In this document: positions 44,934 to 53,418 of the stretch, piece after piece
How the letters are laid out: each line of letters opens with the position of its first letter
Position numbering within the stretch: the stretch's first letter is position 1
From: Spirochaetota bacterium
GTDB lineage: Bacteria; Spirochaetota; Spirochaetia; Treponematales; UBA12059
Reading direction: 5' to 3'
NCBI GenBank assembly: GCA_029548805.1
Contig: JAKPMS010000010.1
Span: 1 to 54,237 of the forward strand
Length of the DNA: 54,237 nt
Notes under the pieces: model-generated
The model's database searches: none
What the model was told of the DNA's origin: nothing
The model's input: only the letters and a program-made list of their open reading frames with translations
Position numbers and translations under genes: made by a program

Positions 44934-46505
44934 ATGAATTCTGTTCTTATTCTTGGGGCCGGGTTTATGCAGGGGCCGGCCATACGAATTGCAAAGCAAA
45001 AAGGCCTAAAAGTATATGCAGCCGATGCAAATCCTGCGGCTGTATGTGCCAAAGAAGCCGATGTTTTTCTGCATATCGACCTGAAAGACAAGGAAGGGCT
45101 TGCAGAAGCCGCCATGAAAATTCCAGCTTTGCTTGGGGTTTTTACCGCAGGAACGGATTTTTCAGCATCCGTAGCATGGGTAGCAGAAAAATTGGCTTTG
45201 CCGGGGCCTTCCTACCAAGCAGCGCTGAACGCGTCCGACAAAAGCAGGATGCGAAAGGTTTTAAAAGAAGCCGGAATCCCGGTACCAGCTTTTGCCAATG
45301 CTTCCGCAGATTCTGACCCGCTAGAATTGGCAAAGAAAGTTGGCCCTCTTCCTTTGGTGGTAAAACCGGTAGACAGTATGGGTTCCAGGGGCTGCCGCCT
45401 GGCCAGAAATGCAAATGAATTAAAAGAAGGCTGGGCTGCAGCCATAAACAGTTCCAACTCCAAAAGGGCCATACTAGAAGAATACCTTAATGGCCCAGAA
45501 TTCAGCCTTGATGCCCTGGTATACGAGGGGCAGGTGCATATAAGGGGAATTGCTGATCGTTTTGTATATTTTGAGCCATATTTTGTAGAGATGGGGCATA
45601 CCATGCCATCATCCTATAATGCCGAAATACTAAAGGAAGTTGAGGATATTTTTGTAAAAGGCATAAAAGCTTTGGGAATAGACAACGGCGCTGCCAAAGG
45701 TGACATAAAATATACACGAAACGGCGCTTTTGTGGGCGAAATTGCAGCCAGACTATCCGGAGGCTATATGTCCGGCTGGACTTACCCCTATTCAAGCGGC
45801 ATAAACCTTACAGGAGAAGCCTTGGATATAGCTTGTGGGAAGAAACCGGGTTTTGCTAAACCCACCACAAAAATGAGTTCATCTGAAAGAGCCTGGATAA
45901 GTATACCAGGCAAGGTGGAATCTATATTTGGCCTTGAAAAGGCTAACATAAAAACTTTTGTAAAAAATGTTTTTCCCATAGCGGAAGTTGGCAGTACAGT
46001 TGTATTCCCAAGCAATAATGTACAGAAATGCGGTAATATTATAGCTGTTGCGACCAGTCAACTGGTAGCGGATGCCGTAGCAGAAGCTACAGCCAGAGAT
46101 ATACTCCTAAAGCTAGCTATTGATAATGACTCAACCATGGCTTTTATCAACAAAAACAAGGAATGGGCTTGGGTCAGGGACGCTTTTTCCGGTTTATCCG
46201 CCATGACTTTGGCTTCCCTGGATAAAATGCCTGATATACTAAAATTGCCAGAAAATACAAAAGCGGCTCCACGTGTTACTATTGCTCCTTTGCCAGGCAT
46301 AGATGCAGAAGAAGCCAGGGACTGGCAAGACAGAAGTATAAGCGATGCACTGGAAGCAGTAAAACTTTTGTGCAAAGCTTCAGTGGGTATGGATGGTGAT
46401 CTGGTTATTGGAGCCGGGTTTTGGAAGGCGTTTTTAAGGGGGGGATATCAGGGCGGGGTTTGGGCCATAGACAGGGTATTACACAAGGTGTTACACGGGG
46501 TGTAG
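44934..46505 (+). CDS. ATP-grasp domain protein with a ~200-aa C-terminal extension
   Basis: MNSVLILGAGFMQ...PLVVKPVDSMGSRG...ILEEYLNGPEFS is an ATP-grasp pattern. I prefer the start at 44934 because GGAG lies upstream. Confidence 0.75.
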   Translation: MNSVLILGAGFMQGPAIRIAKQKGLKVYAADANPAAVCAKEADVFLHIDLKDKEGLAEAAMKIPALLGVFTAGTDFSASVAWVAEKLALPGPSYQAALNASDKSRMRKVLKEAGIPVPAFANASADSDPLELAKKVGPLPLVVKPVDSMGSRGCRLARNANELKEGWAAAINSSNSKRAILEEYLNGPEFSLDALVYEGQVHIRGIADRFVYFEPYFVEMGHTMPSSYNAEILKEVEDIFVKGIKALGIDNGAAKGDIKYTRNGAFVGEIAARLSGGYMSGWTYPYSSGINLTGEALDIACGKKPGFAKPTTKMSSSERAWISIPGKVESIFGLEKANIKTFVKNVFPIAEVGSTVVFPSNNVQKCGNIIAVATSQLVADAVAEATARDILLKLAIDNDSTMAFINKNKEWAWVRDAFSGLSAMTLASLDKMPDILKLPENTKAAPRVTIAPLPGIDAEEARDWQDRSISDALEAVKLLCKASVGMDGDLVIGAGFWKAFLRGGYQGGVWAIDRVLHKVLHGV

Positions 46506-46506
46506 C

Positions 46507-47577
46507 ATGAGAATTATAAAACTTGAGCCCTTGTTTTTAGCAAAAAAAGTCCTGTTATTGGCCTCGTTTTTAATTATTCCATTAATTATACTTAATGCGG
46601 AAGAAAATATTCCGCTTTCTGAAGCGGCCGCAAAATGGAAGGCCGTTTTTTCTTATGACCCTTTGACCCAAACAGGTTATATATTAAGAAACAAGGACCT
46701 GGTACGTTTTAAAAAAAGCTATCCGGTATTTTTATTGGGAAAAGACAATGCTTTGCATGCAGAAGCTATTATTGACAATTCAAAGGGTCTTTTTATTCCG
46801 GAATCCACATTTAATGCCATTTCTGCATATTTTGAAGAAAAGGACAAGGAAAGGACAAGCCACTTCAGAATTGCTGCCATAATTATAGATCCCGGGCACG
46901 GCGGCAAAGACCCGGGAGCAATCGGAGAATTCGGATCGGGCAAGGACAAGTTCAAAATTCAGGAAAAAGACATAGCATTGGCGGTTGGAAAGGATGTGTA
47001 CTCAAGCTTGCAAGAAAAATGGCCGGAAAAAAGCATACTCATTACCAGAAACAGCGATGTATATCCATCTCTTGATGAAAGGGTGGATATGGCAAATATC
47101 ATGGAGCTGGGAATAAACGAAGCCATCATTTTTATTTCCATTCATGCAAATGCTTCCTTCAACAAGTCGGCATCGGGTTATGAAGTATGGTATCTTAACC
47201 CTGATTATCGCAGAACGGTTATGGACGACAAAAAATCTGTCGGAGTTGATTCCCAGGTACTGCCCATACTCAATGCAATGCTGGAAGAAGAGTATACTAC
47301 AGAAAGCATTTTTCTTGCCAAAAACATACTTTCTGGCATGAAAAAAACACTTAGTCCGGATATACCGGACAGGGGCTTAAGGGCGGAAGAATGGTTTGTG
47401 GTACGAAATGCCAAAATGCCATCAGTACTAGTTGAGCTGGGTTTTGTTACAAATGAAGCAGAAGCCAGACGTTTGGCTGACCCGGCTTACTTGAAAAGCC
47501 TGTCCGAAGGCATTTATAATGGAATAAGCGATTTTATTGAGTATTTTGAAAACCGAAAGGGCAATCCATTACATTGA
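46507..47577 (+). CDS. N-acetylmuramoyl-L-alanine amidase (Amidase_3/AmiC type)
   Basis: IIIDPGHGGKDPGA and ISIHANA motifs, with an N-terminal TM/signal segment. Confidence 0.85.
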   Translation: MRIIKLEPLFLAKKVLLLASFLIIPLIILNAEENIPLSEAAAKWKAVFSYDPLTQTGYILRNKDLVRFKKSYPVFLLGKDNALHAEAIIDNSKGLFIPESTFNAISAYFEEKDKERTSHFRIAAIIIDPGHGGKDPGAIGEFGSGKDKFKIQEKDIALAVGKDVYSSLQEKWPEKSILITRNSDVYPSLDERVDMANIMELGINEAIIFISIHANASFNKSASGYEVWYLNPDYRRTVMDDKKSVGVDSQVLPILNAMLEEEYTTESIFLAKNILSGMKKTLSPDIPDRGLRAEEWFVVRNAKMPSVLVELGFVTNEAEARRLADPAYLKSLSEGIYNGISDFIEYFENRKGNPLH

Positions 47578-48095
47578 AACCATTTTTTGAGACATTGGCC
47601 GCAAGCGCTGACAAGTTTTTGCATATTGTATTGAGGCCAAAATATCTGCTGCCGGCAATTTTATGCCTTTTTTTCCTGATTTCCGCAATATTTCTTTTTA
47701 TAAAACCTGCCAGGACAGCTGTCAGCCTTTGGTACCCGGATAGCCGTATTAACAGCAAAGCCTTGAATGCAGAACTTCGCTTTATTCCATATAACAAAGA
47801 TCCGGCAATGTTTGCAGAAAGCTTGCTGGAAGAACTGATTCTGGGGCCTGCCAATTCCGCCAGTCGGGCATTTGTTCCTTCCAGCACCAGGGTTAGCAGG
47901 GTTATTGCATCAAACAAGGTTTTGTATATTGATATTTCTCCCGATTTTTTATTTGGCAATCATAATGATATGGGTGTTTACAGCTTGCCGGATTATGAAC
48001 CGTCACGGGCAATAGACTTAATTAAAAAGAATCTTTCATGGAATTTGAAAAAATTTAACATAATATTGACAGTATCAGGGCAGGAGCCTTGGTAA
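47574..48095 (+). CDS. Membrane-anchored GerMN-like domain protein
   Basis: The TTG start overlaps the amidase stop (TTGA). It has an N-terminal TM segment and an LLEELILGP motif reminiscent of GerMN domains. An amidase-GerMN pairing is common. Confidence 0.45.
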   Translation: MKPFFETLAASADKFLHIVLRPKYLLPAILCLFFLISAIFLFIKPARTAVSLWYPDSRINSKALNAELRFIPYNKDPAMFAESLLEELILGPANSASRAFVPSSTRVSRVIASNKVLYIDISPDFLFGNHNDMGVYSLPDYEPSRAIDLIKKNLSWNLKKFNIILTVSGQEPW

Positions 48096-48140
48096 AAACG
48101 CAGTTTTTTTGCATAAAATGCAAATTAAAGAATTAAATAA

Positions 48141-48168
48141 TTGACAAAGAATATGGCTTCGCTATAAT
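48141..48168 (+). promoter_or_regulatory. Consensus sigma70-type promoter of the third flaA gene
   Basis: TTGACA-N16-TATAAT (TTGACAAAGAATATGGCTTCGCTATAAT). Confidence 0.6.
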
Positions 48169-48217
48169 CAATTAAAATTGACTAAATTGTACGCGCATTA
48201 TGGAAAGGAGCAATTTA

Positions 48218-49300
48218 ATGAGAAGGCCGTTAGCTCTGATCATCGCAGCACTGCTAATAGCAGGCAGCTCGCTTGTTATTGCCGATGAAGCCGTACTGAT
48301 CGACTTTGCGTTGCTCGGGGCAGATATTATCGAAGATCCAATCGATAATTCTTTGACCCAGAATCGTGCAACAATGATGGACTTTTCCACTGTTGCCGGA
48401 GCAAGCTATACGGAAGATCAGAAAAAGCAGATGGCTATATCCCTGGCCATACCCAATTGGGATGTAGTTCTTGCATCATCTTCCAGAACAGGAAGCAGAC
48501 AGGCGCTTTCCTATACCAGGGAAGCAAAACTGGCACAGGAAGCCAAGCAATTTCCTGGCGCCACTGTTATGGGTATCAGGATAAACTTCCCACTGGAGCC
48601 TTTCAACTCCTGGGCTAGAATTCAACCACCTTTTGAAGTTCCCGCTTTTGAACCCAAGGCTGATATTAATGACGATGGCGTTATAAGCGTAAAACAGAAT
48701 GCCCAGGGTGATGATCCGGTTAATGCCCGGCTTACCCGCTTTGAAGGCAGCTATAATGCTGATACCAAGATTACAACAGCGTTGGGAGTTGTCAAAAATG
48801 TCGGAGTTATCAAATCCATAGCAGTAAATGTCAAAGGGCTCAACTTTCCCCATGGCTTGTCCCTAATTTTAAAGGACAACGACAACGTAGAGCATGTTAT
48901 GTTCATGGGCTACCTAAACTTTGACGGATGGAGAGAGCTCAGGTGGGATAACCCCCAGTACATCAGCGATGTTAGGAACAGAGAACTCAGGATTGACCCT
49001 CTGTATCCCCGGTCTACTCCTTTTGTAAAGTTCGGCGGATTTGTTATCAACAGGGATGCAGCAGCTCCCGGCGGAGACTTTATAGCCTATGTAAAGGATG
49101 TAAAGATTCTTTATGACAAAGCCGTACTTGAGCCTGTACACGATATAGATGATGAAGCAATCTGGGGTATAGTTGGCAAAAAAGAGGATGACCGCAAAAA
49201 ACTCGAAAGCCAGCGCTTTGGATCTTCACAAGTTATGCGCTATATAGAAAGAATGAAACAGGAAACCAGGACTGAATTTACAGAAGAAAAGAACGACTGA
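48218..49300 (+). CDS. flaA: Flagellar filament outer layer protein FlaA paralogue
   Basis: I prefer the start at 48218 (MRRPLALIIAALLIAG...) because AAGGAG lies 7 nt upstream. FlaA-like blocks include GWRELRWDNP and the IAYVKDVKILYD-type C-terminus. Confidence 0.8.
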   Translation: MRRPLALIIAALLIAGSSLVIADEAVLIDFALLGADIIEDPIDNSLTQNRATMMDFSTVAGASYTEDQKKQMAISLAIPNWDVVLASSSRTGSRQALSYTREAKLAQEAKQFPGATVMGIRINFPLEPFNSWARIQPPFEVPAFEPKADINDDGVISVKQNAQGDDPVNARLTRFEGSYNADTKITTALGVVKNVGVIKSIAVNVKGLNFPHGLSLILKDNDNVEHVMFMGYLNFDGWRELRWDNPQYISDVRNRELRIDPLYPRSTPFVKFGGFVINRDAAAPGGDFIAYVKDVKILYDKAVLEPVHDIDDEAIWGIVGKKEDDRKKLESQRFGSSQVMRYIERMKQETRTEFTEEKND

Positions 49301-49326
49301 TCATAGTGCGTGACTAGGAATAATCT

Positions 49327-49365
49327 GGACTGTCCAGAAAATAAAATTTTTGGACAGTCCTTTTT
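49327..49365 (+). terminator. Rho-independent terminator of flaA
   Basis: A 10-bp stem (GGACTGTCCA / TGGACAGTCC) followed by T5. Confidence 0.75.
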
Positions 49366-49405
49366 GTGTGTCGTACAAAATTAAACAAAAGGAATTTTCT
49401 TTTAT

Positions 49406-50647
49406 ATGTCTGATGCAGAAGCCATAAGCAGGATTTCTCTAGAAAAGATATATAAACAGGAAAAAAAAACCATGGAGGCTGTCCTAACCAATATGGTCAA
49501 ACTGATACAGGAAAAAATATCTTTGGAAGGCATGTTTCCTGCCTACAAAAGCAGGTTAAAGTCGTTTCAAAGCTTTTTTTCCAAAAAAATTAAGTTTGCC
49601 CGTGATGCTACAATTCAGGGGAGTGTACCTCTCCCGATAAGTGATATTCTGGCTGTAAGAATTATATGCCCTTTTATAAGCGACATAGAAAAGATAGAAA
49701 AAATTCTTTCTGAAAATTTTATAATCCGTGAAATAGAAAGAAAAGGCTTGGACAGGTCATTCAAGGAATTCGGTTATGAATCCATACACCTGCTGCTTGT
49801 CATACCAGAGGATATGCTTGCCGGTATAAGCTTTATAAACCCTCCTGTTTGTGAGGTCCAGATTCGCACCATTTTACAGGACGCCTGGGCAGAAGTTGAA
49901 CATGAACTCGTTTACAAAGCGGAATTTACTCCATTTGATGATCCCATGAAGCGAAAATTGGCTGCTTTGAACGCAAATCTTACCCTTTCTGATATGCTTT
50001 TTCAGGAAATACGAGATTACCAACATCAGCTAAGCAACGAATTGGCCAAAAGGCGTGTAGCCTTTTTTAAAAAAATTGAAAATTCAATTGACAACGAAAT
50101 GTACAAAAATATTAAAGCGGAGGATAAAAAGGCGGATCCGGGCAGCAGTCAGCCTGCCTGGCTGGAATCACTCAAGTCTCTGGATGACCTTCTGCTTGAA
50201 GCGCTGAATGCCCATAACAGGGCAGATTACTTAAGGGCCATAAATATATACTCTTATATATTGAGCCTTGATCCCAAAGCGGATATAAAAACCCTTATTT
50301 TCAAGCATCGCGGCATGGCATATTTTTCCGAAAGCAAATATGACGAAGCCCTGAATGATTTTTCTTCAGCCCTGGAAATGGATGGCAAATGTTATAAAGC
50401 TGCCTATTACCGCGGAGTGGTACACAGTGTTAAGCAAAATTATGCTTCTGCCGTAGACGATTTTAGCAGAGCCTTACTGCTCCATCCTTACCATTTTTAT
50501 TCCATTTACAGAAGAGCCCAGGCTTATTTTCATATAGAAGATTACCCAATGGCTTTAGCTGATTGTGATACTGCCATGGAACTGGATCCATACAACGAAG
50601 GCCTCAAAAAGTTAAAAGCCCTGGTTATGAAAAAATTGCGTATGTAG
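49406..50647 (+). CDS. Small alarmone synthetase (RelA/SpoT nucleotidyltransferase domain) fused to C-terminal TPR repeats
   Basis: The GYESIHLL...EVQIRTILQDAWAEVEHELVYK synthetase motif is present. The C-terminal ~160 aa carry TPR-like repeats (A..Y..AL..DP...). Confidence 0.8.
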   Translation: MSDAEAISRISLEKIYKQEKKTMEAVLTNMVKLIQEKISLEGMFPAYKSRLKSFQSFFSKKIKFARDATIQGSVPLPISDILAVRIICPFISDIEKIEKILSENFIIREIERKGLDRSFKEFGYESIHLLLVIPEDMLAGISFINPPVCEVQIRTILQDAWAEVEHELVYKAEFTPFDDPMKRKLAALNANLTLSDMLFQEIRDYQHQLSNELAKRRVAFFKKIENSIDNEMYKNIKAEDKKADPGSSQPAWLESLKSLDDLLLEALNAHNRADYLRAINIYSYILSLDPKADIKTLIFKHRGMAYFSESKYDEALNDFSSALEMDGKCYKAAYYRGVVHSVKQNYASAVDDFSRALLLHPYHFYSIYRRAQAYFHIEDYPMALADCDTAMELDPYNEGLKKLKALVMKKLRM

Positions 50648-50661
50648 CCAAGCTATATGCA

Positions 50662-50691
50662 TTGACACTATAGAGCCATTTTTGCTATTCT
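50662..50691 (+). promoter_or_regulatory. Candidate promoter of tRNA-Glu
   Basis: TTGACA-N18-TATTCT, ending 13 nt before the mature tRNA 5' end. Confidence 0.35.
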
Positions 50692-50704
50692 AAGCCTGTT
50701 GTTT

Positions 50705-50776
50705 GTCCCCTTCGTCTAGTGGTTAGGACACCGGGTTTTCATCCCGGCAACGGGGGTTCAATTCCCCCAGGGGATG
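50705..50776 (+). tRNA. tRNA-Glu (anticodon UUC)
   Basis: Hand-folded cloverleaf: acceptor GTCCCCT/AGGGGAT, D stem GTCT/GGAC, anticodon stem CCGGG/CCCGG with loop TTTTCAT, T arm GGGGG-TTCAATT-CCCCC. CCA is not encoded. Confidence 0.93.
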
Positions 50777-50778
50777 CT

Positions 50779-50814
50779 AAAAGTTGTTCAGTGCATGCTG
50801 AACAACTTTTTTTT
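50779..50814 (+). terminator. Rho-independent terminator after tRNA-Glu
   Basis: A 13-bp perfect stem (AAAAGTTGTTCAG / CTGAACAACTTTT) running into T8. Confidence 0.8.
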
Positions 50815-50820
50815 GTTTTC

Positions 50821-50849
50821 TTTACTTTGGCGCATTACATTGGTATAAT
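50821..50849 (+). promoter_or_regulatory. Candidate extended -10 promoter
   Basis: TTTACT-N17-TATAAT with TGg immediately upstream of the -10, about 28 nt before the 50878 start. Confidence 0.4.
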
Positions 50850-50877
50850 TGGCTGATCAATTAATTTTGGAGGATAA

Positions 50878-51345
50878 ATGAAAACAAAAATCTTTGTTGT
50901 TTCCCTTCTGCTGCTGACGCTTGTTGCGGTGCCGGCTGTTTTTGCTACAGGCATTGGCGTTTCTGCAGGACTGCCCTTCGGTGCTGGTCTGCCAGGCTCC
51001 AACGTTTTGCTTTCTCTCAAGTTGGACCAATTACCGTTTTTAATGGGCGTGGGTTTTGCTTTTGGGCAAAACACTTTTTCTTTCGGGTTTACTGCTGATT
51101 GGTGGATTCTTAACAAACCATTGGTTTCTTTTTTGAATTACTACCTTGGCCCCGGCTTGTATCTGGGTTACAGCAACGCTCTTGCTATTGGCGGCAGATT
51201 CCCTATTGGTTTAAATGCTTTTCCGCTTAAAAACCTGGAACTGTTTTTGGAAGTAGCTCCAACCTTGGCTGTAGGTTTGGGTGATCCTATTACCTTCCCA
51301 CTGTTTGGAGCCCAGAGTGCCTTTGGCTTGCGCTTCTGGTTCTAG
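50878..51345 (+). CDS. Small secreted protein, possibly an outer-membrane beta-barrel
   Basis: GGAGG RBS, signal peptide, Gly/aromatic-rich alternating sequence and a C-terminal ...FGLRFWF ending in Phe. Confidence 0.5.
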   Translation: MKTKIFVVSLLLLTLVAVPAVFATGIGVSAGLPFGAGLPGSNVLLSLKLDQLPFLMGVGFAFGQNTFSFGFTADWWILNKPLVSFLNYYLGPGLYLGYSNALAIGGRFPIGLNAFPLKNLELFLEVAPTLAVGLGDPITFPLFGAQSAFGLRFWF

Positions 51346-51371
51346 TTTATAGCTGTTTGTTTCATACTTTT

Positions 51372-51405
51372 CCGTTACTGCGCTTTTGCAGTAACGGTTT
51401 TTTTT
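51372..51405 (+). terminator. Rho-independent terminator
   Basis: A 10-bp stem (CCGTTACTGC / GCAGTAACGG) followed by T8. Confidence 0.8.
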
Positions 51406-51417
51406 AGGGGCTAAGGC

Positions 51418-52653
51418 TTGCTTATTGATATTCTGTGCAAAGTTGTAGACAATTTTGGAGATATCGGCTTTGTGTATCGCCTCGCAAAGGCTATCTATGC
51501 TAGTGACAGCAAATTGCGCTTAAGGCTTGTTGTGGATGGCCTGGATGCTTTTTCAAAACTGGAACCCAGAATAGACCCGGGGCAGCTATACCAGAAACTT
51601 GACAAGCTGGAAGTCTACTCCTGGAATATGCCCAAAAATAATGACAGTCCAGAAGCATATTTTCTTGATCCTCCGCTTATTGTGCTTGAATGCTTTGCCT
51701 GCGGCCGGCCGGACTGGTTAGAGGCTATACTTTTTGATGATAAAAATTACGAAGCAAATGGCCAGCCAAAATACAGGCATATAATAAATATTGAATATTT
51801 GACTGCAGAAAGCTATGCAGAAGAATTCTATCTAATGCCTTCGCTTACCCGTTCAGAGTATGTAAAAAAGCATTTTTTTATGCCGGGCTTTACAGATAAA
51901 ACAGGATCATTGATAGCAGCTTCATGTTCGGAAAAACTAAAAAATGATGGGGTTAAAAACCCCTGTTTGTCTGACAGAATGGAACTTTTAAACAGCTTAA
52001 GCCCGGGAATCGGCATGACAGGCAAGGAAGATGTTATTAAAAAAGCATGCAACAGCTTTTGGATAACGCTGTTCACTTACGAGATGAATTACAGCCCCAT
52101 AATAAAAGCTTTGGATGAATTTTCAAAAACACGGGAAGTATTGGTTTTTGCTGCATCCGGGCTTAGCCAAAGCTGCTTTACTAAAGCATGGCTAAAAAAT
52201 AATAAGGCTTTTACTGTCATTTTTTTGCCTTTTTTACCCCAAAGCTTATGGGACAGGCTTTTAAATTGCTCTGATTTTGCTTTGGTTAGGGGAGAAGACA
52301 GCTGGGCTAGGGCAGTTTTGGCCGGGAAGCCATTTGTATGGCAGGCTTATGTCCAGGATGACAACTACCAACTTGTAAAAGTAAAGGCCTTTCTGGATTT
52401 TATAAAAAATTTTAATAACTCGATAAAAGACGATGTGGACGTAGACGCATTTAATACCTTTGCTCAGCTTACTCTTGCCATAAACAGCATCGATGATCCT
52501 TCACTAATTAGCCGTCAGTCCGGATTGCTTTTGGACTTTTTACAAAATTATAGCAGATGGCTGCCATTTTTTACAAAGCTTTCAAAAAAAATTGCGGAAA
52601 ATGGCAGCCTTGAACAAAAGCTGCTGGCTTTCTTGCAAAAACTGGCTGTTTAG
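51418..52653 (+). CDS. earP: EF-P arginine-32 rhamnosyltransferase EarP
   Basis: The N-terminal DILCKVVDNFGDIGFVYRLA hallmark is present. It is about 410 aa and lies immediately upstream of efp. The TTG start is uncertain. Confidence 0.75.
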   Translation: MLIDILCKVVDNFGDIGFVYRLAKAIYASDSKLRLRLVVDGLDAFSKLEPRIDPGQLYQKLDKLEVYSWNMPKNNDSPEAYFLDPPLIVLECFACGRPDWLEAILFDDKNYEANGQPKYRHIINIEYLTAESYAEEFYLMPSLTRSEYVKKHFFMPGFTDKTGSLIAASCSEKLKNDGVKNPCLSDRMELLNSLSPGIGMTGKEDVIKKACNSFWITLFTYEMNYSPIIKALDEFSKTREVLVFAASGLSQSCFTKAWLKNNKAFTVIFLPFLPQSLWDRLLNCSDFALVRGEDSWARAVLAGKPFVWQAYVQDDNYQLVKVKAFLDFIKNFNNSIKDDVDVDAFNTFAQLTLAINSIDDPSLISRQSGLLLDFLQNYSRWLPFFTKLSKKIAENGSLEQKLLAFLQKLAV

Positions 52654-52706
52654 TATAGTATCAGAGACGGTGTTTTATTCTGTTATTTTATTTTTTGGAG
52701 TGGTAT

Positions 52707-53273
52707 ATGCTGTTGACTCACGAACTTAGGGTAGGTTCCATTTTTAAATCCGGCAAGGATATAGTCATTGTTCAAAGGATGTTGGGCAACAAGGGCGGCA
52801 GGAGCGGAGTAGTGGTCCGGATGAGGGTAAAAAACTTGTTGACAGGCTCTACTTCAGACCTGGCACTGGATTCTGGCGAAAAATTTGAGCAAGTAAGCCT
52901 CGATGTGCACAAGATGAAGCTTTCCTATATTGACGGCGACAATTATGTTTTTCTGGACCAGGAAACTTTTGAGCAATATGAACTGAGCAAGGATGACATT
53001 GGTGACAATATAAATTATATAACGCCTGAAGACGACTTTGATGTGGAAATTACCTTTTATGAAGGCAAACCTGTGGGTATTCAATTGCCTATCTCCATAG
53101 AAAGAACCATTGCCTATTGTGAACCTGGTATAAAGGGTGACACTTCCGGCAAGGCAAGCAAGCCGGCCACCCTGGATTCGGGTTACGAGCTTCAGGTACC
53201 CTTGTTCTGTGAAATTGGAACCCGTATCAAGATAGACACCAGGGACGGCAGTTTTCAGGAAAGGGTCAGGTAA
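52707..53273 (+). CDS. efp: Translation elongation factor P (Arg32 type)
   Basis: I prefer the ATG at 52707 because a GGAG RBS precedes it. The loop sequence GNKGGRSGVVVRMRVKNLLTG places Arg at residue 32 (codon 52800-52802). The C-terminus reads GDTSGKASKPATL. Confidence 0.9.
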   Translation: MLLTHELRVGSIFKSGKDIVIVQRMLGNKGGRSGVVVRMRVKNLLTGSTSDLALDSGEKFEQVSLDVHKMKLSYIDGDNYVFLDQETFEQYELSKDDIGDNINYITPEDDFDVEITFYEGKPVGIQLPISIERTIAYCEPGIKGDTSGKASKPATLDSGYELQVPLFCEIGTRIKIDTRDGSFQERVR

Positions 53274-53314
53274 AGCCTTAATTACATAGCTTTTTAAAAT
53301 TGTTATAAGAGGAT

Positions 53315-53344
53315 CTTTAAAAACTTCAGTTTTTAGAGGTGCCC
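53315..53344. repeat. Third copy of the palindromic intergenic element
   Basis: TAAAAACTTCAGTTTTTAGAGGT (53318-53340) is identical to 32671-32693. TTTTTAGAGGTGCCC (53330-53344) is identical to 32758-32772. Confidence 0.8.
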
Positions 53345-53418
53345 ATAATATGGAGCAGATCAAGTTTCCAATAATCTTTGAGGAGTAACAGGTGGCGGAA
53401 CAAAACAGGGCAGTTACA

